A stretch of 24,601 nucleotides of DNA from Chlamydiales bacterium (GTDB taxonomy: Bacteria; Chlamydiota; Chlamydiia; Chlamydiales; JBDQID01): NCBI GenBank assembly GCA_047611865.1, contig JBLFWS010000034.1, positions 1 through 24,601 of the forward strand, written 5' to 3'. Below, in pieces: positions 16,465 through 24,601 of the stretch (its first letter is position 1; every line of letters begins with the position of its first letter). The position numbers were made by a program, and so were the translations under genes. The notes beneath the pieces are model-generated. The model saw only the letters and a program-made list of their open reading frames with translations. It was not told the DNA's origin and searched no databases.

Positions 16465-17811
16465 ATGGATTTTATTTCCAATAGTGAGACACAGGTCTCT
16501 GAGATGCTCGATACTTTGGGTATAAAAGATGTCATGGAATTATTTCAGGGCATTCCGAATTCTTTACTTTGCCTTGCCCCTGATCAGGATGACGGAATGT
16601 CTGAGTATGAAGGCCTGAAGCTAATGGAAGGAATTGGGAAGCAAAATACTTTTCTCGATTATTCCAGTTATATTGGAGGAGGAGCTTACGAGCACCATGT
16701 TCCAGCTATAGTTCCTATGGTGTGTGCTAAGTCAGAGTTTCTTACAGCCTATACTCCTTATCAGGCAGAAGCATCTCAAGGGATGCTTCAAGCTATTTTT
16801 GAGTTTCAATCGGCCGTTTGTGCTCTTACCGGAATGGAGGTTGCTAATGCATCAGTTTACGATGGGGCCTCGGCTTGTAGTGAAGCTGCATTGATGGCTC
16901 TTCGCCATTTTAGAAAGAAACGTACTAAAATTTTTCTCGCAGGTTCTCTACATCCTCATTATTACCAAGTGGTGCAGCAGTATCTCGCTCACCAAGATGT
17001 AGAAATTGTCAGAATCCCTTTTTCAAAAGATGGCTCATTAGATAAGAAATGGTGTGAAGCTAATGTCGATACCAGTACCGCTGCAATAATTGTACAATCA
17101 CCAAATTTTTTCGGTGTTATGGAGGATGTAAAGCCTATTGCTGAATTGGCTAAAGCCAATGGAGCACTTACCGTTTTGTGTGCAAACCCGATGTCTTATG
17201 GTTTGTTTGCTTCTGCGGGAGAGTTAGGAGTTGATATTGCTGTGGGCGACATGCAATCTTTTGGGGTGCCCTTACAGTTTGGTGGCCCTTACGCCGGATA
17301 CATGGCTTGCAGTAACAGCTTAGTTCGGCAGCTTCCAGCTCGTATCGTAGGTCAGACTACTGATACGGATAAGAAAATAGGATACGTGCTAACTCTTCAG
17401 GCCAGAGAGCAACACATTAGAAGGGAAAAGGCAACATCGAATATATGTACGAGCCAAACTCTCGTGTCTTTGGCGAGTCTAATTGCTATTCTTTGGTATG
17501 GGAAAAAGGGTGTTCAGGATTTAGCACTGACCAACTACCAACGAGCATCATTCCTAAAAGAAAGATTAGAGGCTATTCCAGGAATTTCAAGCTTGGGCTC
17601 TGCTCCTTTCTTTAACGAATTTACTGTGAAAGTCAATAAACCTATGAATGAGGTTTTAGCAGCTTTTAAAGAACAGGGTATTGTGGCAGGTCTTCCGCTT
17701 GGAAAGTATTACCCTGAAATGCAAGATCATTTGCTGATTGCTGTTACTGAAACTAAAAGTAAAGAACAACTCGAAAAATACCTATCTTTGGCTGGTGAGA
17801 TTTTGTCATGA
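16465..17811 (+). CDS. gcvPA: Glycine dehydrogenase (decarboxylating) subunit 1
   Basis: EFLTAYTPYQAEASQG, NASVYDGA, FGGPYAG and REQHIRREKATSNICT motifs. Confidence 0.96.
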   Translation: MDFISNSETQVSEMLDTLGIKDVMELFQGIPNSLLCLAPDQDDGMSEYEGLKLMEGIGKQNTFLDYSSYIGGGAYEHHVPAIVPMVCAKSEFLTAYTPYQAEASQGMLQAIFEFQSAVCALTGMEVANASVYDGASACSEAALMALRHFRKKRTKIFLAGSLHPHYYQVVQQYLAHQDVEIVRIPFSKDGSLDKKWCEANVDTSTAAIIVQSPNFFGVMEDVKPIAELAKANGALTVLCANPMSYGLFASAGELGVDIAVGDMQSFGVPLQFGGPYAGYMACSNSLVRQLPARIVGQTTDTDKKIGYVLTLQAREQHIRREKATSNICTSQTLVSLASLIAILWYGKKGVQDLALTNYQRASFLKERLEAIPGISSLGSAPFFNEFTVKVNKPMNEVLAAFKEQGIVAGLPLGKYYPEMQDHLLIAVTETKSKEQLEKYLSLAGEILS

Positions 17812-19247
17812 CAATATTTGAGCAATCACAAAAAGGGCAGAAGGCTTACAGCCTTCCCAAAAGCGACCCGGAGTTTGAGAAATATACTCCGCCTGAATCC
17901 TTTCTAAGGAAGGGGAAAATCGCATTGCCAGAGATCTCTGAAATTGACCTTACGCGTCATTTTAGTAACCTGGCCCGTAAAAATATGGGGATTGATACTC
18001 ACTTTTATCCTTTGGGCAGCTGTACAATGAAGCTGAATCCGCGAGTGAATGAAGTTTGTGCCAATATGCCAGATTTTATCCGCACACATCCAATGGCTGA
18101 TGATTCTCTAGTGCAAGGGAACTTGCGCGTGGCTTATGAGTTAATCGAGGACTTATGTAAAGTTTCGGGTATGAGTGGTGGGTCTGTACTACCTAATGCT
18201 GGGGCTCAGGGTGAGTTTATGGGTATCCTTATGATTAAGGCATACCATAAAAAGAATGGTGATACTCAGCGTACACAAATGTTGATACCAGATAGTGCTC
18301 ATGGAACGAATCCGGCCACTGCAGCAATGGCTGGTTTCGAAACAGTTTCGGTACCTACTGATGACCGCGGTGATATTGATCTTGATGCTTTGAAAAAATT
18401 GGTCAGTGAGAAAACGGCTGGCTTGATGCTGACAAACCCAAATACTTTGGGACTATTCAGTCCGAATATTCAGGAAATAGCAAAAACTGTTCATGACTGT
18501 GGGGCCCTGCTTTTTTACGATGGCGCTAACTTGAATGCTATTTTGAATGTCATACGACCCGGCGAAATGGGCTTTGATGTAATGCACATCAATTTGCATA
18601 AAACTTTTTCTACTCCCCATGGAGGAGGAGGGCCAGGCTCTGGTCCAGTTCTTTGTAATGACAGACTGAAACCATTTTTGCCTCTTCCGCGGGTTGATTT
18701 AGAGGGAGAAAAATATAAGATACAATGGGAAAGTCCAGATTCTGTAGGAGCCGTAGCTTCTTTTCATGGGAATTTTGGAATTTATCTAAGGGCTTATCTC
18801 TATATTAAGCTGCATGGTCACTTTGGCTTGAGAAGGATTGCTGAAAATGCAGTTCTTAACGCGAATTATCTTAAGAAAAAGTTAGAGCCACTTTTTACTG
18901 TTCCTTATAAACAGAATTGTATGCATGAGTTTGTTATTCAAGCTGATGGGTATCTTTCAGTAGGAGTGAGAGCTTTGGACGTTGCCAAGCGCTTACTAGA
19001 TTATGGTGTCCATGCCCCAACGATTTATTTTCCTTTGATTGTTAAAGAGTGCATGCTTATTGAGCCCACAGAAAGCGAATCTAAAAAGACCTTGGATCAG
19101 TTTATTGTTATAATTGAGGAAATAGTCAAAGAGATTCAAATAGACCCTGAAATACTTAGAAAAGCGCCCCATTCAATGTCAGTGAAAAGACTTGATGAAG
19201 TTCAGGCTGTGAAGAAGCCTGTTTTGAAAGTTGAGTGTTGCATGTAA
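17808..19247 (+). CDS. gcvPB: Glycine dehydrogenase (decarboxylating) subunit 2
   Basis: YPLGSCTMKLNP, SAHGTNPA, PLP-Lys motif NLHKTFSTPHGGGGPG and IEPTESE; ATGA overlap with gcvPA. Confidence 0.96.
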   Translation: MTIFEQSQKGQKAYSLPKSDPEFEKYTPPESFLRKGKIALPEISEIDLTRHFSNLARKNMGIDTHFYPLGSCTMKLNPRVNEVCANMPDFIRTHPMADDSLVQGNLRVAYELIEDLCKVSGMSGGSVLPNAGAQGEFMGILMIKAYHKKNGDTQRTQMLIPDSAHGTNPATAAMAGFETVSVPTDDRGDIDLDALKKLVSEKTAGLMLTNPNTLGLFSPNIQEIAKTVHDCGALLFYDGANLNAILNVIRPGEMGFDVMHINLHKTFSTPHGGGGPGSGPVLCNDRLKPFLPLPRVDLEGEKYKIQWESPDSVGAVASFHGNFGIYLRAYLYIKLHGHFGLRRIAENAVLNANYLKKKLEPLFTVPYKQNCMHEFVIQADGYLSVGVRALDVAKRLLDYGVHAPTIYFPLIVKECMLIEPTESESKKTLDQFIVIIEEIVKEIQIDPEILRKAPHSMSVKRLDEVQAVKKPVLKVECCM

Positions 19248-19315
19248 AGCAATGAGTGTGAAAAATAAATTATGAATAAGGCCTTTTAAAACACCAGGGC
19301 GAGGTTTTGAAAGTT

Positions 19316-19478
19316 TATACCAAGAATCGATTCAAATTTATGATTTGTAGCTTAAGAGTTTTTGGCCTGTTGAAGTGTGGAGATCCCATAACCATAGGAT
19401 GTTATTGAGATTTTGAACACGAACTCGGCTAAGAAAAAATCAGCTCACAAATCACAGGTTTGATACGAGATTGGTATA
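19316..19478. repeat. About 163-bp long imperfect palindromic element with TATACCAA...TTGGTATA ends
   Basis: Nested complementarity: TATACCAA/TTGGTATA, TCAAATTTATGATTTGT/ACAAATCACAGGTTTGA, TTGGCC/GGCTAA, GTGT/ACAC and ATAAC/GTTAT. Confidence 0.72.
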
Positions 19479-19578
19479 TGTCGTACTTGGCTACAAAATT
19501 TGAATTTGCGAGTAGTGATTTTATACTCAAATTAATTCGTATTGAAAATATGCGCTTTAAAAGACAGTAAAAGCTCTT

Positions 19579-19607
19579 TCGTAAAGTTAAACGTTGTGGT
19601 CGAGTCC
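19579..19607. repeat. 29-bp direct repeat, copy A (upstream of the CX5R gene)
   Basis: TCGTAAAGTTAAACGTTGTGGTCGAGTCC; 24/29 identical to 21193-21221. Confidence 0.65.
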
Positions 19608-19679
19608 GGTACTACACGAAGCATTTGAATGTGAGTGCTGTGAATTTTATTACCCTCTCGCTTTTTACTGTGAGGTTCT

Positions 19680-21155
19680 GTGGTTAAGAATTATGCTTTT
19701 GCCAAGAAAGAGCAGCATTATCGCTATACCTTGACTAGTTTCGTCAATTCTCTGGAAAGCTCTAAGTCAGATCTTTCTGTTAAAGAAGGAGAGCGACAAA
19801 GAAGCGCTGACGACCTTGAAACGATTCTAAAAAAAGTGATGACATCTCTTCTCAACCCAGAAGGAGGTCTTCCTTCTGAGCAGTATAAAAAGTTTCATTC
19901 ATATTTGCGTCAAGCTCTTAATTGTGAGGAGTATCGGCAGGCCTTAGCTTTGAAACATATTGATGCGAGCTTGTCTGCAAATATTGATTTGCTTCATCAC
20001 CTATGTCTGTACTTTTTTACTGGGATAAATATTCACGAATTCTGCGCACAGTTGGTAAAAGATATGCAAGAAGGGAATTTGCTGGAGAATGCAGTTCCTT
20101 TGCAGAACCCTGCAGATTTGGAGAGAGATCTTAAGCAAAGTTTTACCGATGTAAAAAGAATTGTCGATAGTCAAAAAACCTATGACCCTTCGTACTGGTG
20201 GTATTATGTGAAGGATCAAATAAACCTGGGTTTTGATCCATTTGCACAAGGTAATCTTCCTAACGTTTTATTTAAAACTCGCTACAGGCTTGAAAATGGA
20301 AAAGAAAAGGATGTGCTTAATATAAGGTGTGGAACGCCCACTTATGAAGATCTTTTTTCTATCGTATGTGGCGAGGCAGAAGTCAACCCAGAGTTTAGAG
20401 GGTATCTTGAAGCTTGTAGAAGGTTTGGGAAAAAACACCTGTATGTGAATTTACAAAATAGAAACCCTAGGTTTCTTTGGAAGAACGAGGCTCCTAGATG
20501 TAAGGCTATTGAGAATTTACAAGGGGATTTTCAGGATGTTTTGACAGTGATAGGCCTGTCAAAAGATTCTCCTTTTTATATGCAAAATGATGGGTATATA
20601 GAACAAAATGAAGTGGATAAATTTAAGTCTGAATTTTTTAAACAAATGTTTGAGGTGAAAGTTTCTTGGTTTTACTTCCCTGATTCATTATTGAATGATG
20701 GGGAAATAGATTTTAGGGAGGAGGTCGCAAATCTAATAGAAGATGTTCATAGTACCCTTTTTGAAGGGAATGAGATGCTGGATCGTCAGGAGCGGCTTGA
20801 TTTTATTGAAATTGTCTATGTCTTGATCATCGAATTAATTATTTTTAAATCGGGTTCTGATTTTTATAATACCTCTTGCAAAGATTGTATCGATAGGGCC
20901 GGGGGGATGAACAGCCTTTTAGCTTTGTCTCAAAATTTACGCCAAATGGAAGGTGATGGAGGGATTGATTATAAAGATTTGGCGGCGATAACTTTTGCTC
21001 CAGCGGTACTTGTGCGGCAAAGAGAAATTAAATTTGATAGATTGGAACGTTTGATTTCTTCAGCAAAGAAGATGATTGAGACAAAAGAGTCTTCTTTATT
21101 TCGAGAGAGTAAATGGACTAATGGTTGGAAAGTAAAGAATGTTTTCGTCTACTGA
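19680..21155 (+). CDS. Hypothetical protein with CX5R phosphatase-like motif (candidate phosphoinositide phosphatase)
   Basis: 491-aa ORF containing SCKDCIDRAG at 20874-20903; start codon uncertain (GTG). Confidence 0.7.
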   Translation: MVKNYAFAKKEQHYRYTLTSFVNSLESSKSDLSVKEGERQRSADDLETILKKVMTSLLNPEGGLPSEQYKKFHSYLRQALNCEEYRQALALKHIDASLSANIDLLHHLCLYFFTGINIHEFCAQLVKDMQEGNLLENAVPLQNPADLERDLKQSFTDVKRIVDSQKTYDPSYWWYYVKDQINLGFDPFAQGNLPNVLFKTRYRLENGKEKDVLNIRCGTPTYEDLFSIVCGEAEVNPEFRGYLEACRRFGKKHLYVNLQNRNPRFLWKNEAPRCKAIENLQGDFQDVLTVIGLSKDSPFYMQNDGYIEQNEVDKFKSEFFKQMFEVKVSWFYFPDSLLNDGEIDFREEVANLIEDVHSTLFEGNEMLDRQERLDFIEIVYVLIIELIIFKSGSDFYNTSCKDCIDRAGGMNSLLALSQNLRQMEGDGGIDYKDLAAITFAPAVLVRQREIKFDRLERLISSAKKMIETKESSLFRESKWTNGWKVKNVFVY

Positions 21156-21192
21156 TTTTCGTTTCCATATGTTAACCTTTGAAAAAGATCGC

Positions 21193-21221
21193 TCGCAAAG
21201 TTAAAGTTTGTGACCGAGTCC
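21193..21221. repeat. 29-bp direct repeat, copy B (downstream of the CX5R gene)
   Basis: TCGCAAAGTTAAAGTTTGTGACCGAGTCC; 24/29 identical to 19579-19607. Confidence 0.65.
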
Positions 21222-21400
21222 AATATATTTACATTTGTGCAGGTTTTTGTCGAAAGTTCGTGTGAACAGGTATAGATGTACTACAACTGTGCACAGATTT
21301 GGAATTTCTGGCGTGAAATGATCATGTAAGAAAATAAAGTTTGTAGCTGATACTAGTTCACAAGATCGCAAAGTGTGCAATTTTAATAGGAGAATCTTAA

Positions 21401-22039
21401 ATGGTTAGTCAGCATGACTCCAAAGAACAAATTGTAGTGTTTAATCTAGCAGAACTTCCTTATGATTATGATGCTCTTGAGCCTTATATTAGTGCCGAAA
21501 TTATGCGTTTACACCATTCAAAACACCATCAAACATACGTAAATAACCTAAATTTAGCATTCGAAAAATTCCAGGAAGCTGCAGTATCCAATGATGTTTC
21601 AGGAATGATAGAGGTTCAGGGGGCCATTAAATTTAATGGTGGGGGTCATATTAATCATGAAATATTTTGGTCAAATTTAGCAGCAAAAAACCAGGGCGGG
21701 GGTAATCCTCCAGAAGGAGAATTTCTTCAGGAGATCGAAAAAGAGTGGGGATCTTTTGATATATTTAAAGATATTTTTTCAAAAGTGACTGTAGGTGTCC
21801 AGGGGGCAGGTTGGGGATGGCTTGGTTTTAATAAAACATCTGGAAGACTTGAAATTACGACTTGTCCAAATCAAGATCCTTTGATAACGAAGGGACTGAT
21901 TCCTCTTTTGGGAATTGATGTTTGGGAGCATGCCTATTATTTACAGTACAAAAATGCACGACTCGAATATATCAAGGCCATATGGGAAGTTGTAAACTGG
22001 AAAAATGTCGAAGATCGCTTCAAAAAAGCTAGAGTTTGA
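21401..22039 (+). CDS. sodA: Superoxide dismutase, Mn-type
   Basis: [37 protein letters not shown] and [16 protein letters not shown]. Confidence 0.95.
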   Translation: MVSQHDSKEQIVVFNLAELPYDYDALEPYISAEIMRLHHSKHHQTYVNNLNLAFEKFQEAAVSNDVSGMIEVQGAIKFNGGGHINHEIFWSNLAAKNQGGGNPPEGEFLQEIEKEWGSFDIFKDIFSKVTVGVQGAGWGWLGFNKTSGRLEITTCPNQDPLITKGLIPLLGIDVWEHAYYLQYKNARLEYIKAIWEVVNWKNVEDRFKKARV

Positions 22040-22044
22040 ATTTT

Positions 22045-22106
22045 AAGGGGTGGATATAGAGTTTTTGTTAAAAAACAGTCTTGATTAAGCTCTGTTCATC
22101 CCCCTT
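22045..22106. repeat. Imperfect hairpin downstream of sodA (possible terminator)
   Basis: AAGGGGTGGATATAGAGTTT can pair with AAGCTCTGTTCATCCCCCTT. Confidence 0.45.
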
Positions 22107-22285
22107 TCTAGTTTACAAGAGCGATGGATGCTTGGATCGTCAGTATAGGGGCGCCTAGCATCCTTACCTATACATAAGTATTCATCCTTTGCCATCTCTT
22201 GCCGTCTGAGAGAATTCCTCTTGTTTTTTTTACCATTTTAAATTAATATAGTTCTCTTATTGACTTTTTGCGAGCTGTGTCAAAT

Positions 22286-23233
22286 ATGGGTCTATTTTCC
22301 CGAGATAAGCCTAAAATTAAGGTACAAACAACCAAAAAAGACGGGTTTAGTGGATGGCTTAAGTGTACCCACTGCGGAGAACTTACCCATCTTAATGAGT
22401 TGGAGAAAAGCCTTAATTGTTGCCCTCAGTGTGACTACCATTACAGATTATCGGCGAAAAAGCGTATAGAAACCCTGGCAGACCCCGATACATTCAAAGA
22501 ATTATTTACCAACTTTAAGTCTACCAACCCCTTAAATTTTGTTGATTCAGAAGCCTATACAGATCGATTAGAGAGAGCTAAAGAGAAATCAGGCATTGAC
22601 GAAGGTGTTATTGTTGGGACCTGTATGTTGAAATCAAAACGTATAGCCTTGGGTGTACTTGATTTTAACTTCATGGGTGGGTCGATGGGGATTGTAGTTG
22701 GAGAAAGGCTGGCATCAATTATCGAGTATGCCATTGACCACTCTCTACCAGTTATTATCATTTCCGCTTCCGGAGGGGCTCGTATGCAAGAGTCTACTTT
22801 GTCTCTTATGCAAATGGCTAAGGTCTCTGCAGCACTGGCTCGCTTACACGAAGCTGGGCTTCCATACATCTCTGTCCTGACTAATCCAACTACCGGTGGT
22901 GTGACAGCTTCCTTTGCTTCTCTCGGCGATGTGATCATAGCAGAGCCTAATGCTCTTATAGGGTTTACTGGGCCGCGTGTGATTGAGCAAACCATTGGTC
23001 AGAAGCTTCCACCAGGAGCCCAAAAGCCAGATTTTCTTGTGGAACATGGGATGCTAGATGGCATTGTTAACCGACGAGAACTCAAAAATCAGCTTGCCGA
23101 ATTCATCGATTTTTTTACATGTCCTGAGTATCGTATGGGTGCACTATATGTTTCAGCTCAAGCGAGAGAGGGAATCAATGGATTGCCTGACAAGCTTCGC
23201 GAACTGATGAGCATGTCCCTTTCTGAAGAATAA
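22286..23233 (+). CDS. accD: Acetyl-CoA carboxylase carboxyltransferase beta subunit
   Basis: WLKCTHC...CPQC zinc finger, FMGGSMG, SGGARMQE, PTTGGVTASF and IGFTGPRVI; ATG 22286. Confidence 0.96.
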   Translation: MGLFSRDKPKIKVQTTKKDGFSGWLKCTHCGELTHLNELEKSLNCCPQCDYHYRLSAKKRIETLADPDTFKELFTNFKSTNPLNFVDSEAYTDRLERAKEKSGIDEGVIVGTCMLKSKRIALGVLDFNFMGGSMGIVVGERLASIIEYAIDHSLPVIIISASGGARMQESTLSLMQMAKVSAALARLHEAGLPYISVLTNPTTGGVTASFASLGDVIIAEPNALIGFTGPRVIEQTIGQKLPPGAQKPDFLVEHGMLDGIVNRRELKNQLAEFIDFFTCPEYRMGALYVSAQAREGINGLPDKLRELMSMSLSEE

Positions 23234-23255
23234 ACCCCTATAATGGCAGCAAATA

Positions 23256-23702
23256 ATGAAAAATGAAGTAGAAATCCTCACTTTAACTGAAGATGAAAAG
23301 AACCGTCCAAATTATGCTTCACCAGGTGCTGCAGGAGCTGACGTACGAGCCTCTATTGAAAAAGAGATCGTCATAGAAGCAGGCTCCTCTGTTCTAGTGC
23401 CTACTGGACTTCGCTTTGCAATTCCTGAGGGTTTTGAAATACAAGTTCGTCCTCGTAGTGGCTTAGCCTTTAAACATCAAATTACCGTGTTGAATACCCC
23501 CGGGACAATTGATTCCGATTATAGGGGAGAACTGAAGGTTATTTTGATTAATCATGGTTCTAAGCCTTTTTCTATAGAACCAGGTATGCGCATAGCTCAG
23601 ATCATTGTAGCTGCAGTTGTACAGGCTCGTTTTGTGGTATGTGAAGATCTTGCAGAAACATCGCGGGGAAGTGGCGGATTTGGCCACACCGGCTTGAAAT
23701 AA
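23256..23702 (+). CDS. dut: dUTP diphosphatase
   Basis: [26 protein letters not shown] and [10 protein letters not shown] motifs. Confidence 0.97.
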   Translation: MKNEVEILTLTEDEKNRPNYASPGAAGADVRASIEKEIVIEAGSSVLVPTGLRFAIPEGFEIQVRPRSGLAFKHQITVLNTPGTIDSDYRGELKVILINHGSKPFSIEPGMRIAQIIVAAVVQARFVVCEDLAETSRGSGGFGHTGLK

Positions 23703-23726
23703 TATTTGCCAATCCACGGTGAAATA

Positions 23727-24176
23727 ATGGTAATGATAGCAAAATATCTTAGTAAAGATGCGGTTAAGTTTCTTGAAGTAGAAGGACGTGACGAGACTAT
23801 TCAGGCTTTAGTAAGTTCTCTCGGAAATGTTGGGAAAATTCAAGACGAAGAAGAGTTTTTTCACGCGATTTTAGATCGGGAGAAAATTGTTTCGACAGGC
23901 ATCGGTATGGGAGTTGCCATTCCACATGCCAAGTTGTCTTCTTACGAAGATTTCTTTATCGCAATAGGAATTTTACGGAATGGAGTGGACTGGAATGCGC
24001 TTGATGGAGCACCAGTTCGAATAGTTTTTCTGGTTGGGGGACCGGATGATAAGCAGACGCAGTATTTGCAAATACTGTCTAGCTTAACAATTGCCGTGAA
24101 GGATGAAAAGCGTCGTAAAAAGATGCTTATGCTGAATTCACCAGAGGACGTGGTTCAACTTTTTGAAGAACTATAG
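23727..24176 (+). CDS. ptsN: PTS EIIA (Ntr/fructose-type) protein
   Basis: DREKIVSTGIGMGVAIPHA phospho-His motif and DWNALDGAPV; start uncertain (23706, 23727 or 23733). Confidence 0.9.
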   Translation: MVMIAKYLSKDAVKFLEVEGRDETIQALVSSLGNVGKIQDEEEFFHAILDREKIVSTGIGMGVAIPHAKLSSYEDFFIAIGILRNGVDWNALDGAPVRIVFLVGGPDDKQTQYLQILSSLTIAVKDEKRRKKMLMLNSPEDVVQLFEEL

Positions 24177-24216
24177 ATTTTCCTATTGCAGGAGATTCGC
24201 GTAAAGGAGGATGGTA

Positions 24217-24601
24217 ATGGACCTGAAAATTAAAGATGTAGCTGATTTGCTAAATGTCTCAGAAACAACAATTCGTCGATGGGTTGTTGATGGAAAAATG
24301 CCTGCATATCGCTTGAATCACCAGTATCGCTTTAGCCGGACTGAGATTGAAAGTTGGGTGATGAGCCGTAAACTTGGAAAAGAAGATGATCAGGCCCCTT
24401 TTGGGGAAGAGGTTGCTTTTGAAGATTTGACGGTACAGGATAGGTCTAGTAAGGGGGGCACTAAGCAATTTAGCCTCTACAGAGCGATTCATAAGGGTGG
24501 AATTTACCATCAAGTTCAAGGGACTACGAAAGAAGAAGTCATTCGTAACACGATGCTACAAGTAGCTACGCGTTTGGATTTAGATGCTGATGTCTTGACG
24601 G
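24217..24601 (+). CDS. ptsN: Excisionase-like HTH plus PTS EIIA fusion protein (CT290-like), 3'-partial
   Basis: MDLKIKDVADLLNVSETTIRRWVVDGKMPAYRLNHQYRF HTH, then QFSLYRAIHKGG; RBS AAGGAGG. Runs off the window end, so it is absent from the ORF track; the EIIA part is inferred from homologues. Confidence 0.85.
   Translation, partial: MDLKIKDVADLLNVSETTIRRWVVDGKMPAYRLNHQYRFSRTEIESWVMSRKLGKEDDQAPFGEEVAFEDLTVQDRSSKGGTKQFSLYRAIHKGGIYHQVQGTTKEEVIRNTMLQVATRLDLDADVLT

Noticed and set aside
21284..21382. Inverted repeat TGCACAGATTTG / CAAAGTGTGCA upstream of sodA
   Set aside because: Short, imperfect and widely spaced; cannot be distinguished from chance.
22100..22180. Hammerhead ribozyme on the minus strand (CTGACGA after a stem)
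   Set aside because: No stem II closed before a GAAA and no matching stem III.
2932..24519. Short antisense or alternate-frame ORFs in the track (e.g. 2932-3171, 6817-7179, 7520-7912, 8404-8748, 13471-13950, 22555-22995, 24259-24519)
   Set aside because: They overlap well-supported genes and show no recognisable motifs; treated as shadow ORFs.

Overview
Chromosomal segment of an environmental (non-Chlamydiaceae) member of Chlamydiota, judged from gene content and protein sequences. Core genes: nqrBCDE (+); hemD-hemC-radA-rnc (-); a CT296-like gene; two exported hypotheticals; a lipoate/octanoyl ligase; a CT283-like large protein; gcvT-gcvH-gcvPA-gcvPB; a CX5R-motif phosphatase-like orphan; sodA-accD-dut-ptsN-ptsN (last gene partial). 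The most unusual signal is in the intergenic DNA. Bases 1-126 on the minus strand encode the catalytic region of an IS903-group (IS5 family) transposase that the ORF track misses. It is joined back-to-back to a 5'-truncated GxxExxY nuclease-family gene, which is followed by a repeat arm (3 x 9-mer) and an IS903-like terminal repeat. The same terminal repeat and arm define two 210-bp MITE copies (4824-5033, 9576-9785), each with its own 9-bp target duplication. An extra terminal repeat (4767-4782) sits beside a different palindrome. This suggests a modular family in which IS903-type ends carry a palindromic cassette with or without a GxxExxY gene. Several other small palindromic or repeat families occupy the other intergenic gaps. 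All alignments and counts were done by eye, and homology calls come from recalled family motifs, not database searches.
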